Source: a virus (taxonomy: Duplodnaviria > Caudoviricetes). Taken from it: a stretch of DNA of 64,000 bases. Below are positions 19,581 through 28,866 of the stretch, piece after piece (the first letter of the stretch is position 1; each line of letters begins with the position of its first letter). The position numbers and the translations under genes are program-made. A model generated the notes under the pieces. It worked only from the letters and a program-made list of their open reading frames with translations, did not search any database and had not been told where the DNA came from. Where the stretch lies: positions 1-64,000 of the IMG/VR virus record IMGVR_UViG_3300012007_000015; one strand, written 5' to 3'.

Positions 19581-19967
19581 TTATAATCGGTCTACGTCTT
19601 CGATGGGGATGAATGTTATCTTCTTCTTGGAGTTCTCCAGAATCTTCGCACGTTCGTCGTCGTATTTGTTGTAAATATCGATAGCATACTTGATTTTATC
19701 GTTCTGGTAGTAGTCTTGTTCCTGTCCGATGGTCTTTTGGAAACCATTGTGGCTTTGTGACAAAGACGCGGTATTTGAGGGCGAAAGCAATACTGCCGTG
19801 AAGATGATGTCTGCCGTCATGAGCTCCCTGTCGCGTAACGTGACCTTAGTCTCGTCGTACACGTCGTCAGTCGGATTAACACCTCTGTCGCCAGCAATCT
19901 TGATAAAATTCTTTTCGCTAAAGCGAGAATACGTCGTTGAAGCTTCCAACCACTCAAGTACCGTCAT
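19581..19967 (-). CDS. Head-tail adaptor protein
   Basis: First gene after the capsid gene; contains SLSQSHNGFQKTIG; called from synteny. Confidence 0.55.
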   Translation of the reverse strand: MTVLEWLEASTTYSRFSEKNFIKIAGDRGVNPTDDVYDETKVTLRDRELMTADIIFTAVLLSPSNTASLSQSHNGFQKTIGQEQDYYQNDKIKYAIDIYNKYDDERAKILENSKKKITFIPIEDVDRL

Positions 19968-20017
19968 CTTTGTACAAACTTTAAAACTACTAACCTAAAA
20001 CATGAAAATTACCAAGC

Positions 20018-21283
20018 CTATGCTGTTCTTGTGATGTCTACGACTACGTGGTACGGAGCCTCGTCCAGAACGGTAGCATAACGACCGATAACGTCCGTGT
20101 GGTATGCCTTCAGCATGCCGTTGGGCGTAACCTTGTTGATGACGTTCAGGAAGTTCTGCACCTTGGCCAGAGAGAACTGGATGCCGTTGTTGACCTCGCC
20201 AGACTTCATCAGCTCAACATCAGCGACCTGTGCATGCACGAGGACACCTGCGAAGCCGAGAGGACGGAGAACAACCACGTCGGGGTTCCAGCCGCTAACA
20301 GTGTGATAGGTCGTAATACCCTGCACAGTCTGCTGCTCGCGGACGATACGGATGGGCGAAATCTTCGAGATGGGCGAACGGCTATAGGCCACCAGCTGCT
20401 CCCAAGTGATAGTGTCTACGTTGGTGGTAGAGCTACCGTTGGTGACGACAATCACCTTGTCGGGTGCATAGAGCGAGATATAGCGGTTAACCTCCTTGAC
20501 GAAGGCGGCGTTCTTCAACAGGACGTTGATAACGGTGGCCCAAGGAATGTTCCACTCGAACGGGGTGCTCTCGGGGATGTACTTCGACATCTTGAAGTCG
20601 TACTCAATCTTGCGCATCTGCTCGGGGATGTCGGCGTTGGGGTCAGTCCAGACGTCGTTGATGGCAGTCTTGAAGTTCTCCAGAGGGATATAGGCGCTCT
20701 GTGCGGTAGTTACGCCGCTAAAGCCCTTGGTGGTCTTACCGCCGCCAAGGTCGATGGTATTACCATACTGACCGCCGCGAGACAGCGTCATAGCGGCCAT
20801 GTTGGATACGGTGAGGTTGTGAGACTTGACCAAGTCTGCAACGCCGCGTACGAAACCAGTCACGAGGTTCTCATCGCTGCCGAGCTCGCGAAGACGGGCC
20901 TGCAACTCCAGCTTAGACATAGAGGTCTCGAACAGTCCCTTACCATACTGGTAGATGGAACCAGTCTTCTCCTCCATACCCTCAGCGTCGAGCTGCATAG
21001 TCTCCGACAGGGGAGCCATAGAGTCAGCCATGGGAACGGTGCGGTTAATCTTCTGACGGACAGTCCACGCGGGATTCTTCTTCAGGTCAGCCACGTCTAC
21101 TTGGTACTCGGCGCCCTCCACACGGAAGTGCTCCTGCCAGAAGAAAGCATTCTCCTCAATCTCGATGGTGTTGTCGATGAGGGTCTGTAAGAAGCCCTTG
21201 TTGGCACCATCCATGAAGCCTTTCTGGTAAAGCTTCTCAATCGCCTCGTCGGGCGACCATTGATATTTCAGTGCATTTGACAT
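20018..21283 (-). CDS. Major capsid protein
   Basis: 421 aa, strong codon bias, located after the scaffold and decoration genes and before the adaptor. Confidence 0.8.
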   Translation of the reverse strand: MSNALKYQWSPDEAIEKLYQKGFMDGANKGFLQTLIDNTIEIEENAFFWQEHFRVEGAEYQVDVADLKKNPAWTVRQKINRTVPMADSMAPLSETMQLDAEGMEEKTGSIYQYGKGLFETSMSKLELQARLRELGSDENLVTGFVRGVADLVKSHNLTVSNMAAMTLSRGGQYGNTIDLGGGKTTKGFSGVTTAQSAYIPLENFKTAINDVWTDPNADIPEQMRKIEYDFKMSKYIPESTPFEWNIPWATVINVLLKNAAFVKEVNRYISLYAPDKVIVVTNGSSTTNVDTITWEQLVAYSRSPISKISPIRIVREQQTVQGITTYHTVSGWNPDVVVLRPLGFAGVLVHAQVADVELMKSGEVNNGIQFSLAKVQNFLNVINKVTPNGMLKAYHTDVIGRYATVLDEAPYHVVVDITRTA

Positions 21284-21311
21284 ATCTTGTTTCCTTTCCT
21301 TACTTTAGTGA

Positions 21312-21986
21312 TTACATCCAGAAGATGCCTTCGATGTACGAACGGTTCTTCGCGAGGACGTACTTCGGCAGGGGCTGCATACGCGGAATCCAAGCCTGCT
21401 TGTCATAGACAGCGGAGATGGAGTAGTTAGCAGTGCCGTCGATACCATATCCCTCAGTGGGCATAAGGTCACGGTCAGCCTCGATGAACGTGTTGGGGTT
21501 GGGTACGAGCACCACGGCGTCAGCGGCCTTCTCGGTGCCAGCAGCCTCTACGAGGATAGCACCAGCGGTCAGTTCGCCAAGGGTGTTGTCGAGAGTCACG
21601 GTGAATTTCTCGTTGGCCTTGTCGTAGACAACGTTGGTAATCTTTGCAGACTGACCAGTTTCCTCGACATTGTCAGGAGCGACCATAAGCAGCATGCCCA
21701 CTTCGGGAGCATCGCTGTAGCCATCACCGTTCAGAACGTACTCGGTTGCAGCTGCGGCAGCATTGGCCTTGAGCTCAAACGAGCGGAAAATCAGACATCC
21801 CTTCTCGGGGGTGTACTGTACGAGCTGTGCGGCATACAGATGGTCGAAGCCCTTCTTGGGATTCAGAATAGTACCGCCGAGGAGCACGTTCTTGCGGCTC
21901 TCACCGTTGCTGTCCTTAACCCAGACCCACTTACCACCACGCAGTTTTCGCGAAGCCTCGTAGAAATACGCTAAGTTTGTTACCAT
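21312..21986 (-). CDS. Head decoration / minor capsid protein
   Basis: Between scaffold and capsid genes, with the same codon bias as the capsid gene. Confidence 0.55.
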   Translation of the reverse strand: MVTNLAYFYEASRKLRGGKWVWVKDSNGESRKNVLLGGTILNPKKGFDHLYAAQLVQYTPEKGCLIFRSFELKANAAAAATEYVLNGDGYSDAPEVGMLLMVAPDNVEETGQSAKITNVVYDKANEKFTVTLDNTLGELTAGAILVEAAGTEKAADAVVLVPNPNTFIEADRDLMPTEGYGIDGTANYSISAVYDKQAWIPRMQPLPKYVLAKNRSYIEGIFWM

Positions 21987-22009
21987 AATAGTTTTACTTT
22001 AAATGAAGT

Positions 22010-22645
22010 TTAACTTGTTACTTTTACCTTCTTCATTGACTGAAGGAACTCCTCGTCACGCTGCTTGGTTGCTTGAGGCGCAAGGGGTCTGATGTTTCCG
22101 TAGCTCGGGGCCATAATGTCTTGGTAACGGCTAACGAGCGTATCAGCCTGCTCCTTCGTGTCGGCATCCAGCTTGACTTCGTAGTCCTGTGCAAACTTCT
22201 CGAAAGAGGTGTGCAGGTCGGGCTGGATGTTTTTCTTGGCAAGCGCAATGATAGCCTTGAACTTTTCTTGTTTAGACTGTGCCGTCTTGAACTCCTTGAG
22301 CTCTTCCAGCTGACTCTTGATTTCGTCGGGGATTTCAACAGTCGGCGTAGCGGCAGGCTTACCAATCTTTTTGTTTAACTCTGCAATCTGAGCCTTGTAG
22401 TCGTTTTCTTTCGTCTGGAACTCAGTTGCCTTGACCGTAGCCAGTTCCGATGCGCTCGAAAAAGCCGTGTTGAGCGCGAACTTGAGCGAGTTGAGAATGG
22501 CCTCGTCGCTGACATCTCCTTCTGGGTCGGCCTTCTGGAAGTGGTCTGCGAACTTGTCCTTAAACGCATCGGTAAGAGTTGCTGTTGTGTACTGTTTCTC
22601 GGTACAATAGTCGTTTACTTTCTGTAAAACTTCTTCTTTTGTCAT
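22010..22645 (-). CDS. Capsid scaffolding protein
   Basis: Charged, helical 211-aa protein at the start of the head operon. Confidence 0.65.
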   Translation of the reverse strand: MTKEEVLQKVNDYCTEKQYTTATLTDAFKDKFADHFQKADPEGDVSDEAILNSLKFALNTAFSSASELATVKATEFQTKENDYKAQIAELNKKIGKPAATPTVEIPDEIKSQLEELKEFKTAQSKQEKFKAIIALAKKNIQPDLHTSFEKFAQDYEVKLDADTKEQADTLVSRYQDIMAPSYGNIRPLAPQATKQRDEEFLQSMKKVKVTS

Positions 22646-22684
22646 AGTTTTCTACTATAAAATAAGGTGAAAAAATGTTCGCTG

Positions 22685-22692
22685 CAAAAATA
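22685..22692 (-). promoter_or_regulatory. -7 element of the leftward head-tail promoter
   Basis: TATTTTTG on the minus strand, about 40 nt before the scaffold start; no clear -33 TTTG. Confidence 0.55.
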
Positions 22693-22777
22693 CCACAAAA
22701 AATATAGAGTAAAAAAATATTACAGACGGAAGTTTGGCATAATATACCAAAATATAAATAACTTCCGCTTGTATGGC

Positions 22778-22808
22778 TTTGAAACGATAAGTTTTAACTC
22801 TATCTTTG
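22778..22808 (+). promoter_or_regulatory. Rightward promoter for the terminase operon
   Basis: TTTG (22778-22781), 19 nt, TATCTTTG (22801-22808). Confidence 0.7.
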
Positions 22809-22832
22809 CACCGAGAAATTTCTTAACACAGC

Positions 22833-25649
22833 ATGGCAAAAAAGAGAAACGACATAGTATTGGCTCCGTTGGAGGATGGCAACCAAAAGCATGCCATTCG
22901 CTCCAACGCAGACATTGTCGCGTTCGTCGGGCAAACTGGTTCGGGGAAACAAAACCCCATTGATGAGCCTGTTTTAACGGTCAACGGATGGGTTAAAATG
23001 GGTGATTTGAAGATTGGTGATGAACTATTCTCGCCGCTCAATACAGAACCGTCTTTTGTTACTGGTATTTATCCGCAGGGTGTCAAACCAGTATATAAAG
23101 TAACGACAAGCGACGGTCGTGTTTCTCGCTGCGGACTTGAGCATCTGTGGATGGTTCGTACAGAAAAGCAAGTGGAGAATTGGAGAAAAGGAAAAGGTTC
23201 TGCATACATTAAGACGACAAGAGAAATATTAGACGAATATATTTCCAAGGGAAAGAATATATTCATCCCACTTGCGAGACCTTACGACGGAAAGGAGAAA
23301 GAACTTCCGATTGACCCTTATGTCCTTGGCGTTTGGCTTGGAGATGGTTGTTCACATCATGATTCTTTTGTGATTTCTGGAGACGAAATTGATGTTATAA
23401 AAAAAGTTTCAGACAAACTAAAAACAACGTTTCGTTTTCATAGCAGCGAGAACTATAGCAACATGATACACCAGAACGAAAAAGTCTCTTCCGTCAAAAA
23501 ATATATTAGAGAGTCTGGACTGGATGTGTACTCGCACGAAAGGTTTATCCCAGAAGAGTATCTGCACGCTTCTGTTGAGCAGCGTATGGAACTGTTGAAA
23601 GGATTGATGGATAGCGACGGAAATATTGAAGAAAAGAACCGTTACTCTTTCTCTACGACAAGTCCTAAGTTGAAGCGATGTTTCATTGAACTTTGCAGAG
23701 GACTTGGTTATATCGTCGGAGAAAATAAAGACAGCCGAACACGCTATAAGAGCGGAGAGTGTTGGAAGATAACAATCCAGACGAACGACATAATCTTCAG
23801 CAGCAAGAAGCACCTCGACAAATACCGCGCGAACTTGGAGAAATACAAGAACAAGAATCGTGAGTACAAGCATGACCATGTGCGCATTATAAATATAGAA
23901 TATGTGGGAGACATGGAGTGTCAATGTATAATGGTTTCCAACAGAGACCACTTATACTGCACACATGACTATATTGTGACACATAACACAATTGCTTTAT
24001 ATTACGCCCCGATTGAGTACCTTGCCATGAATGACAACGCCAAGGCTGTGTGCTTCATGCGTAACGTCGCGGACTTCTGGGCCACTGGTAAGGTCGCGGA
24101 CACTGTTAAGCAGATGTATCCGCTCGTTGACAGAGGCGCAGGAAAGAAGCAGCCGCATGACCCGATAGGAGAAATCCGAAGAGGACAGGAGGACATGGGC
24201 GTCAAGTTCTACAACGGCTCCGAGATTAAGTTCCAGCAGCTTGACAACGAGAGTCCTATCGTGATTGATAAGATTACGAAGGGTCTGCAGGCGAAGATAC
24301 TTATTTTCGATGAGTGCAACAAGTTCCTCTGGAGAACCATATCGGCATTCTTCCCGCGCATGCGTTCCGATTCTTCTGGTAAGGCACAGGTGTTCCTTGC
24401 ACAGAACCCAGAGCGCGAGTGCTTCATGCGACAGATGTGTGGAAAGGGAGAGCACGGCGGAGGATGGATTAATGACGACGGCTCTATAGACAAGGATATG
24501 GACGGCGTAGTCATGTTCGTGTTCTTTCCAGACGGTGACTACGAAAGAGCAGTCTGGGGCCGAACTAAGAAAGAAGTATACGAGAAAGGCAAGGAGTGTA
24601 TAGACAAGCTGCTCGCAATAGACCAAGATATGTCCTACGAGGACTTTATCCTGTCGTTCGCCTTCTTTACGTTCGATGTGAGAGACAACAAGAAGATGCT
24701 CTCAAAGAACAAGAAGTATCGCGGTCTTGCAGCTAACTCGACGACAGCAAAGTCTTCCTATGAGAACAACTGGAACTACTCTCTCGAAGACGAAAAGGGA
24801 GATGCCGAAGACCTCGCGAACGTACAGCTAAGTAATACGGACGTTGAGCGCATGTTCAGACATATAGAGATTCCCTACGAGAGCCAGTGCATCAAGAAGT
24901 TCATGACTGTAGACTATGCTACAACGGGATTCGATAACTTTGTAATGAAGTATTGGGAGCTGTGGGAGCACTACGGCTTTATCTGCAAGGATATTCAGTT
25001 TTCCATGAAGAACTCCAATAAGGAGGCCGTGATTATGATGATTGACTTCCGCGACCGTCATGGACTTCAGGAAAAGGAGATGATTATCGACGTGCAGGGC
25101 TCCACGTTCCTGCGCGACTGCTTCCCAAGAGCCATCAACTTTGCAGGTGCATCACAGCCTACGGAGCGCTCGAAGGCCCAGTACAAGACTCGCAAAGACG
25201 AGGCTGCACACCTCTGCATGGAGATGATACAGGCTGGACTCATACACTACGACCCGAAGCTCGCAGATGCAAGGTACAATCACCAGAATATGAAGAGAGA
25301 GGGTGCGACCACCGTACTCCGCCACATGAAGTTCGAGAGCGTCATCTTCCAGTTTGGAAAGACACCGAACGGGCGCATCACCATGCTCGACAAGGAGAAA
25401 CAGAAAACCTTCCTCAAAGGTATGTCTCCAGACCTGTTCGACAATGTCATCATGCTTTGCGGAGGTCTGTATCACACGTGCTATAATATGCTGCGTGACG
25501 ATGCAGGCATAATGCGCAAGAAGATGCAGGCGGAAGACATGCTCAGCCTCCTCAACGTAAACGGACGCGAAGAGGTTGACACGAGAATACACCGTGTTAG
25601 GAAGATTAGGAATGCAAGCGAAATATTAAACGTTTTAAGTACGATATAA
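22833..25649 (+). CDS. terL: Terminase large subunit with intein
   Basis: Walker A GQTGSGK/T split by an intein, Walker B ILIFDE, AQNP coupling motif, nuclease acidic motifs (VDYATTGFD, PDLFD); upstream of the portal gene. Confidence 0.92.
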   Translation: MAKKRNDIVLAPLEDGNQKHAIRSNADIVAFVGQTGSGKQNPIDEPVLTVNGWVKMGDLKIGDELFSPLNTEPSFVTGIYPQGVKPVYKVTTSDGRVSRCGLEHLWMVRTEKQVENWRKGKGSAYIKTTREILDEYISKGKNIFIPLARPYDGKEKELPIDPYVLGVWLGDGCSHHDSFVISGDEIDVIKKVSDKLKTTFRFHSSENYSNMIHQNEKVSSVKKYIRESGLDVYSHERFIPEEYLHASVEQRMELLKGLMDSDGNIEEKNRYSFSTTSPKLKRCFIELCRGLGYIVGENKDSRTRYKSGECWKITIQTNDIIFSSKKHLDKYRANLEKYKNKNREYKHDHVRIINIEYVGDMECQCIMVSNRDHLYCTHDYIVTHNTIALYYAPIEYLAMNDNAKAVCFMRNVADFWATGKVADTVKQMYPLVDRGAGKKQPHDPIGEIRRGQEDMGVKFYNGSEIKFQQLDNESPIVIDKITKGLQAKILIFDECNKFLWRTISAFFPRMRSDSSGKAQVFLAQNPERECFMRQMCGKGEHGGGWINDDGSIDKDMDGVVMFVFFPDGDYERAVWGRTKKEVYEKGKECIDKLLAIDQDMSYEDFILSFAFFTFDVRDNKKMLSKNKKYRGLAANSTTAKSSYENNWNYSLEDEKGDAEDLANVQLSNTDVERMFRHIEIPYESQCIKKFMTVDYATTGFDNFVMKYWELWEHYGFICKDIQFSMKNSNKEAVIMMIDFRDRHGLQEKEMIIDVQGSTFLRDCFPRAINFAGASQPTERSKAQYKTRKDEAAHLCMEMIQAGLIHYDPKLADARYNHQNMKREGATTVLRHMKFESVIFQFGKTPNGRITMLDKEKQKTFLKGMSPDLFDNVIMLCGGLYHTCYNMLRDDAGIMRKKMQAEDMLSLLNVNGREEVDTRIHRVRKIRNASEILNVLSTI
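22950..23987 (+). mobile_element. Intein (346 aa) with LAGLIDADG homing endonuclease, class-3-like
   Basis: Starts QNPIDEPVLTVNGW; block B CGLEHLW; LAGLIDADG motifs YVLGVWLGDG and LLKGLMDSDG; block F QCIMV; ends IVTHN followed by Thr. AT-richer than the exteins. Confidence 0.92.
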
Positions 25650-25653
25650 AAAG

Positions 25654-27171
25654 ATGATTAGACTGAAAGATATTAACTGGTATCTCAGCGAACCCACGAG
25701 GCTGTTACAGATGAAGCCGTTCGTCCGTGGTGGCAAGATGAACTCCCATGGATGGGAGATGGAACCGCTTCCGAACAACACAACGATTGAGACTGGCTTC
25801 TGCAACCTCGACCTCGTCCCAATCTCGCAGGACACCTATATCACGGAATACAAGCCGTCGCTACATACCATACTGATGAATAAGTCGATTCCGCACATCA
25901 AGGTAACAATCGACGGAATGCCGCTTAACATTGGCATGATGGACATGACGCAGACGGGCTCGTTCCAGAAGCTCATTCATAGTGCGCACGTACGTTCGCT
26001 TACATCTAACCCGCTGGAGTTCAACCTTGGAAAGACGGATGCAGACGGAGGCGGCATGAAGCCGTTCGAGTATGTCAAGGATGAGTGGAACTCGCGCAAC
26101 ATGGACTGGTGGCTTTCGAGGGCCATCAACGCACAGAAGATGGTCGGTAACTGCGGTCTGCTGTTCTCATTCGACAAGGAGACAAACAAGAGCATGGTTA
26201 CTTGCTTGTCGTACGAGGACGGATACCAGATTATCCCGAACTACGACGAGTACGGCTCCGAGATTGCACGCTCTCTCGCATACCAGATTGACAACAAGAT
26301 AGTCATCGATACGTATGACAACACAAAGCACTACCGCTGTATGCAGAAAGACAATGGCTGGGAGACACAGTATGAGTTACACGGATACTCAAGGTGCCCG
26401 CTGCTGCACCAGAGGGGAACCGTCGCTTGGGAGTACGCGGAGAGTTCCTGCGAGATGTGGGAGCTGATGACAAACATCAATAATATCGCACTCAAGCGTT
26501 TCGGTACGTTTGCCCTTGTATTCACAGGTGATATGGATAAGGATTCCTTCAAGAGGGATTCCAGTACGCTCATCATCAACCTTTCAAGCGACAACACCAA
26601 CGGAAAGCAGAGTGCAGACGTTCTGAAGTTCCCAGAGCCAACAACAATGAACGAGTACCTAAAGACTCTGGAGGAGAAAATATCCCTGTTCTCGTCTACT
26701 TCCTTCATTACGCCGAAGGATATTACAGCAACTAATAGCGGCGGCAACGGCATAGCCCTCGCCATGTCTAACGACTATGCCCTCGCTACGCAGTCCGCTC
26801 TTGACTGGCGTAAGTTCGTCAACGACATGGTGTACCTGCACCAAGAGGGCCTCGACCTTGAGACGAACGGCGCAGAAAAGTATGCACAGTTACGTGTAGG
26901 CGCAAAGATTGTTCCTTGGTCTCTTGAGACGAACAATACGAAGATTACGAACCTCGCCATGGAAGCCAAGTGGCTGTCTATGCAGACTATCATCGAGAAG
27001 TCTCCAGATGCAGCTCCCGACGAGGCAGACCGCATCATCAAGGAGCGAGGCTCACTCATTCCGCAGGGCGCAAGCGACATCGACGAAGGCACCGACAAGG
27101 CACAGCGCATCAGTATAAACCGCAACAACACAATACGTGACAATGTTGCAAAAACAGGAGAGGAGGAGTAG
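25654..27171 (+). CDS. Portal protein
   Basis: 505 aa, directly after terL; C-terminal LAMEAKWLSMQTIIEK segment resembles SPP1-type portals. Confidence 0.8.
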   Translation: MIRLKDINWYLSEPTRLLQMKPFVRGGKMNSHGWEMEPLPNNTTIETGFCNLDLVPISQDTYITEYKPSLHTILMNKSIPHIKVTIDGMPLNIGMMDMTQTGSFQKLIHSAHVRSLTSNPLEFNLGKTDADGGGMKPFEYVKDEWNSRNMDWWLSRAINAQKMVGNCGLLFSFDKETNKSMVTCLSYEDGYQIIPNYDEYGSEIARSLAYQIDNKIVIDTYDNTKHYRCMQKDNGWETQYELHGYSRCPLLHQRGTVAWEYAESSCEMWELMTNINNIALKRFGTFALVFTGDMDKDSFKRDSSTLIINLSSDNTNGKQSADVLKFPEPTTMNEYLKTLEEKISLFSSTSFITPKDITATNSGGNGIALAMSNDYALATQSALDWRKFVNDMVYLHQEGLDLETNGAEKYAQLRVGAKIVPWSLETNNTKITNLAMEAKWLSMQTIIEKSPDAAPDEADRIIKERGSLIPQGASDIDEGTDKAQRISINRNNTIRDNVAKTGEEE

Positions 27172-27174
27172 ACT

Positions 27175-27552
27175 ATGGGCTGGATGGAATTTGTACTTGG
27201 CATGGCAACACTTGTACTCGGTACTGGCTGGCTGTTTACATACCACTCTCACAAGAAGAAAGAAGAGGGCGAGGCAACACAATCTGAGGCAAACGGTTGG
27301 CTCAAGCAGCAGGAGGTGTACCAACACACCATTGAAGACCTTGAGAAAGCCTGTGACTTCATACGTAACGACCGTAACCAGCTACGTGAGGAGAACTCGC
27401 GACTTATCTCTGAGAACAACGAGCTAAGACGCACAGTGGTCGAGTTGCAAAACACTGTATTCGACCTCAAGAAAGAGGTTTCACGCCTCGGAAGACGTGT
27501 CGACGCCATGAGTGAGAAAAAGAAGAAAAACGACAAAAATACGGAAGGATAA
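27175..27552 (+). CDS. Holin-like membrane protein (one TM plus coiled coil)
   Basis: N-terminal TM segment, basic C-terminus, stop overlaps the lysozyme start. Confidence 0.5.
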   Translation: MGWMEFVLGMATLVLGTGWLFTYHSHKKKEEGEATQSEANGWLKQQEVYQHTIEDLEKACDFIRNDRNQLREENSRLISENNELRRTVVELQNTVFDLKKEVSRLGRRVDAMSEKKKKNDKNTEG

Positions 27553-28031
27553 TGACGCTTATGAAGACATCCCAGAAAGGCATTGACCTTATCAAGAAGT
27601 TCGAGGGCTGCAAGTTGTACGCCTATCGTGATTCTGTTGGCATCCCGACCGTTGGCTATGGCCACACAAGCGGCGTCAAGATGGGCATGGCTATCACGCA
27701 GGCACAGGCAGACAAGTTCCTCGCCGAAGACCTTGCTGCAGTTGAGTCCGTCCTTAACAAGATGAACATTAACTTCAAGCAGAATCAGTTCGATGCTCTG
27801 GCCGCTTGGATATTCAACCTTGGCGAGGGTAAGTTCAAGGGTTCCACGTTGTACAAGAAAATCGTTGCACGCGCCACTGACCTTGAAATCACTGACCAGA
27901 TAGTCCGATGGATTAACGCTGGCGGCAAGCCGTCTCTTGGATTAAAGCGCCGCCGCGTCGCAGAGGCCAACATGTTCTTGGGACGAGACGAATATCGTAT
28001 TGATGCACAAGGAAATATAAACAAGAAATAA
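27552..28031 (+). CDS. Endolysin, GH24 phage lysozyme
   Basis: FEGCKLYAYRDSVGIPTVGYGHT carries the E-x8-D-x5-T triad; also QNQFDAL...FNLG and GLKRRRVAE. Confidence 0.93.
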   Translation: MTLMKTSQKGIDLIKKFEGCKLYAYRDSVGIPTVGYGHTSGVKMGMAITQAQADKFLAEDLAAVESVLNKMNINFKQNQFDALAAWIFNLGEGKFKGSTLYKKIVARATDLEITDQIVRWINAGGKPSLGLKRRRVAEANMFLGRDEYRIDAQGNINKK

Positions 28032-28057
28032 TTTATTTACTTTAAGATTGTAAGATT

Positions 28058-28840
28058 ATGGGAAAAACTACAGTAAAACCAATCAGCCTTGGATACAGGG
28101 ATGTTGGTAGTTCTGGTAACTACAGGATGCTGATGGGTGTCCTTAAAGGCCTTACCATCGGTCAGGACGAGCCCGAGGCTACCGAGATTGAGGCCGAGTT
28201 CTATGACAGCCCCTTTGACATCTTCTATGATGGCAACCCCGTAACCATGACGTTCGAGTTGGCCAACTACACTTTGGATGAACTGCCTGATTTGTTCGGC
28301 GGAGCGTACGAGCAGGTTGACGACGAGTACGATGGAGAGGCGAATGTCTACACTTCCGAGCACGAGTGGAAGCTTGATTTCTCACGTGGCTACGCATCTC
28401 TTGTCCTCTATCGTGGCCTTACGATAGGAACCATCAAAAAGGACGCTGACGGTGCCCTTAATTTCTCTGTGACAATTACTGCTCTTATATACGAGGACGG
28501 CGACGAGAGTCACATGTACAAGATTGTTGGTGCTCCTCTTCCTCCTCCCGAGCCAGAGATTGTCAGCGTTAACAACGTTGAGAACGGCGGCAACTCGTTC
28601 GCTGTAATATCCTCTAACTGGTATCCGATTGTCGTCAACGTTCCAGTATCCGTTGTCGGTGCGGCAAGCGTGAAGATTAACAACGTTTCCGTAGATGCCA
28701 TCGGCGAGACCTCTGGTACAAGCGGAGACGTGACGGACAAGACGACGTTCTATTTCCGTCCTACGGCGTACACAACCGTCACATCAGTCAAAGTGACAAC
28801 CGTTGGCGGAGACGTTCTCACGGCAACTTTCGGAAGCTAA
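28058..28840 (+). CDS. Tail tube paralogue (copy B) with a C-terminal beta-sandwich extension
   Basis: The N-terminal ~160 aa closely match 17547-18056; a PLPPPEPE linker is followed by about 90 aa rich in V/T/S. Confidence 0.85.
   Translation: MGKTTVKPISLGYRDVGSSGNYRMLMGVLKGLTIGQDEPEATEIEAEFYDSPFDIFYDGNPVTMTFELANYTLDELPDLFGGAYEQVDDEYDGEANVYTSEHEWKLDFSRGYASLVLYRGLTIGTIKKDADGALNFSVTITALIYEDGDESHMYKIVGAPLPPPEPEIVSVNNVENGGNSFAVISSNWYPIVVNVPVSVVGAASVKINNVSVDAIGETSGTSGDVTDKTTFYFRPTAYTTVTSVKVTTVGGDVLTATFGS
28157..28258 (+). repeat. 102-bp perfect inverted repeat, arm 2 (partner at 17859-17960)
   Basis: Identical to the reverse complement of 17859-17960; after one mismatch, 10 more bases match. 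Confidence 0.95.
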
Positions 28841-28866
28841 ATATTCATCATTAAACACATATTATT

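Noticed and set aside
20048-21190. 380-aa plus-strand ORF
   Set aside because: Antisense shadow of the codon-biased capsid gene, with no motifs or promoter.
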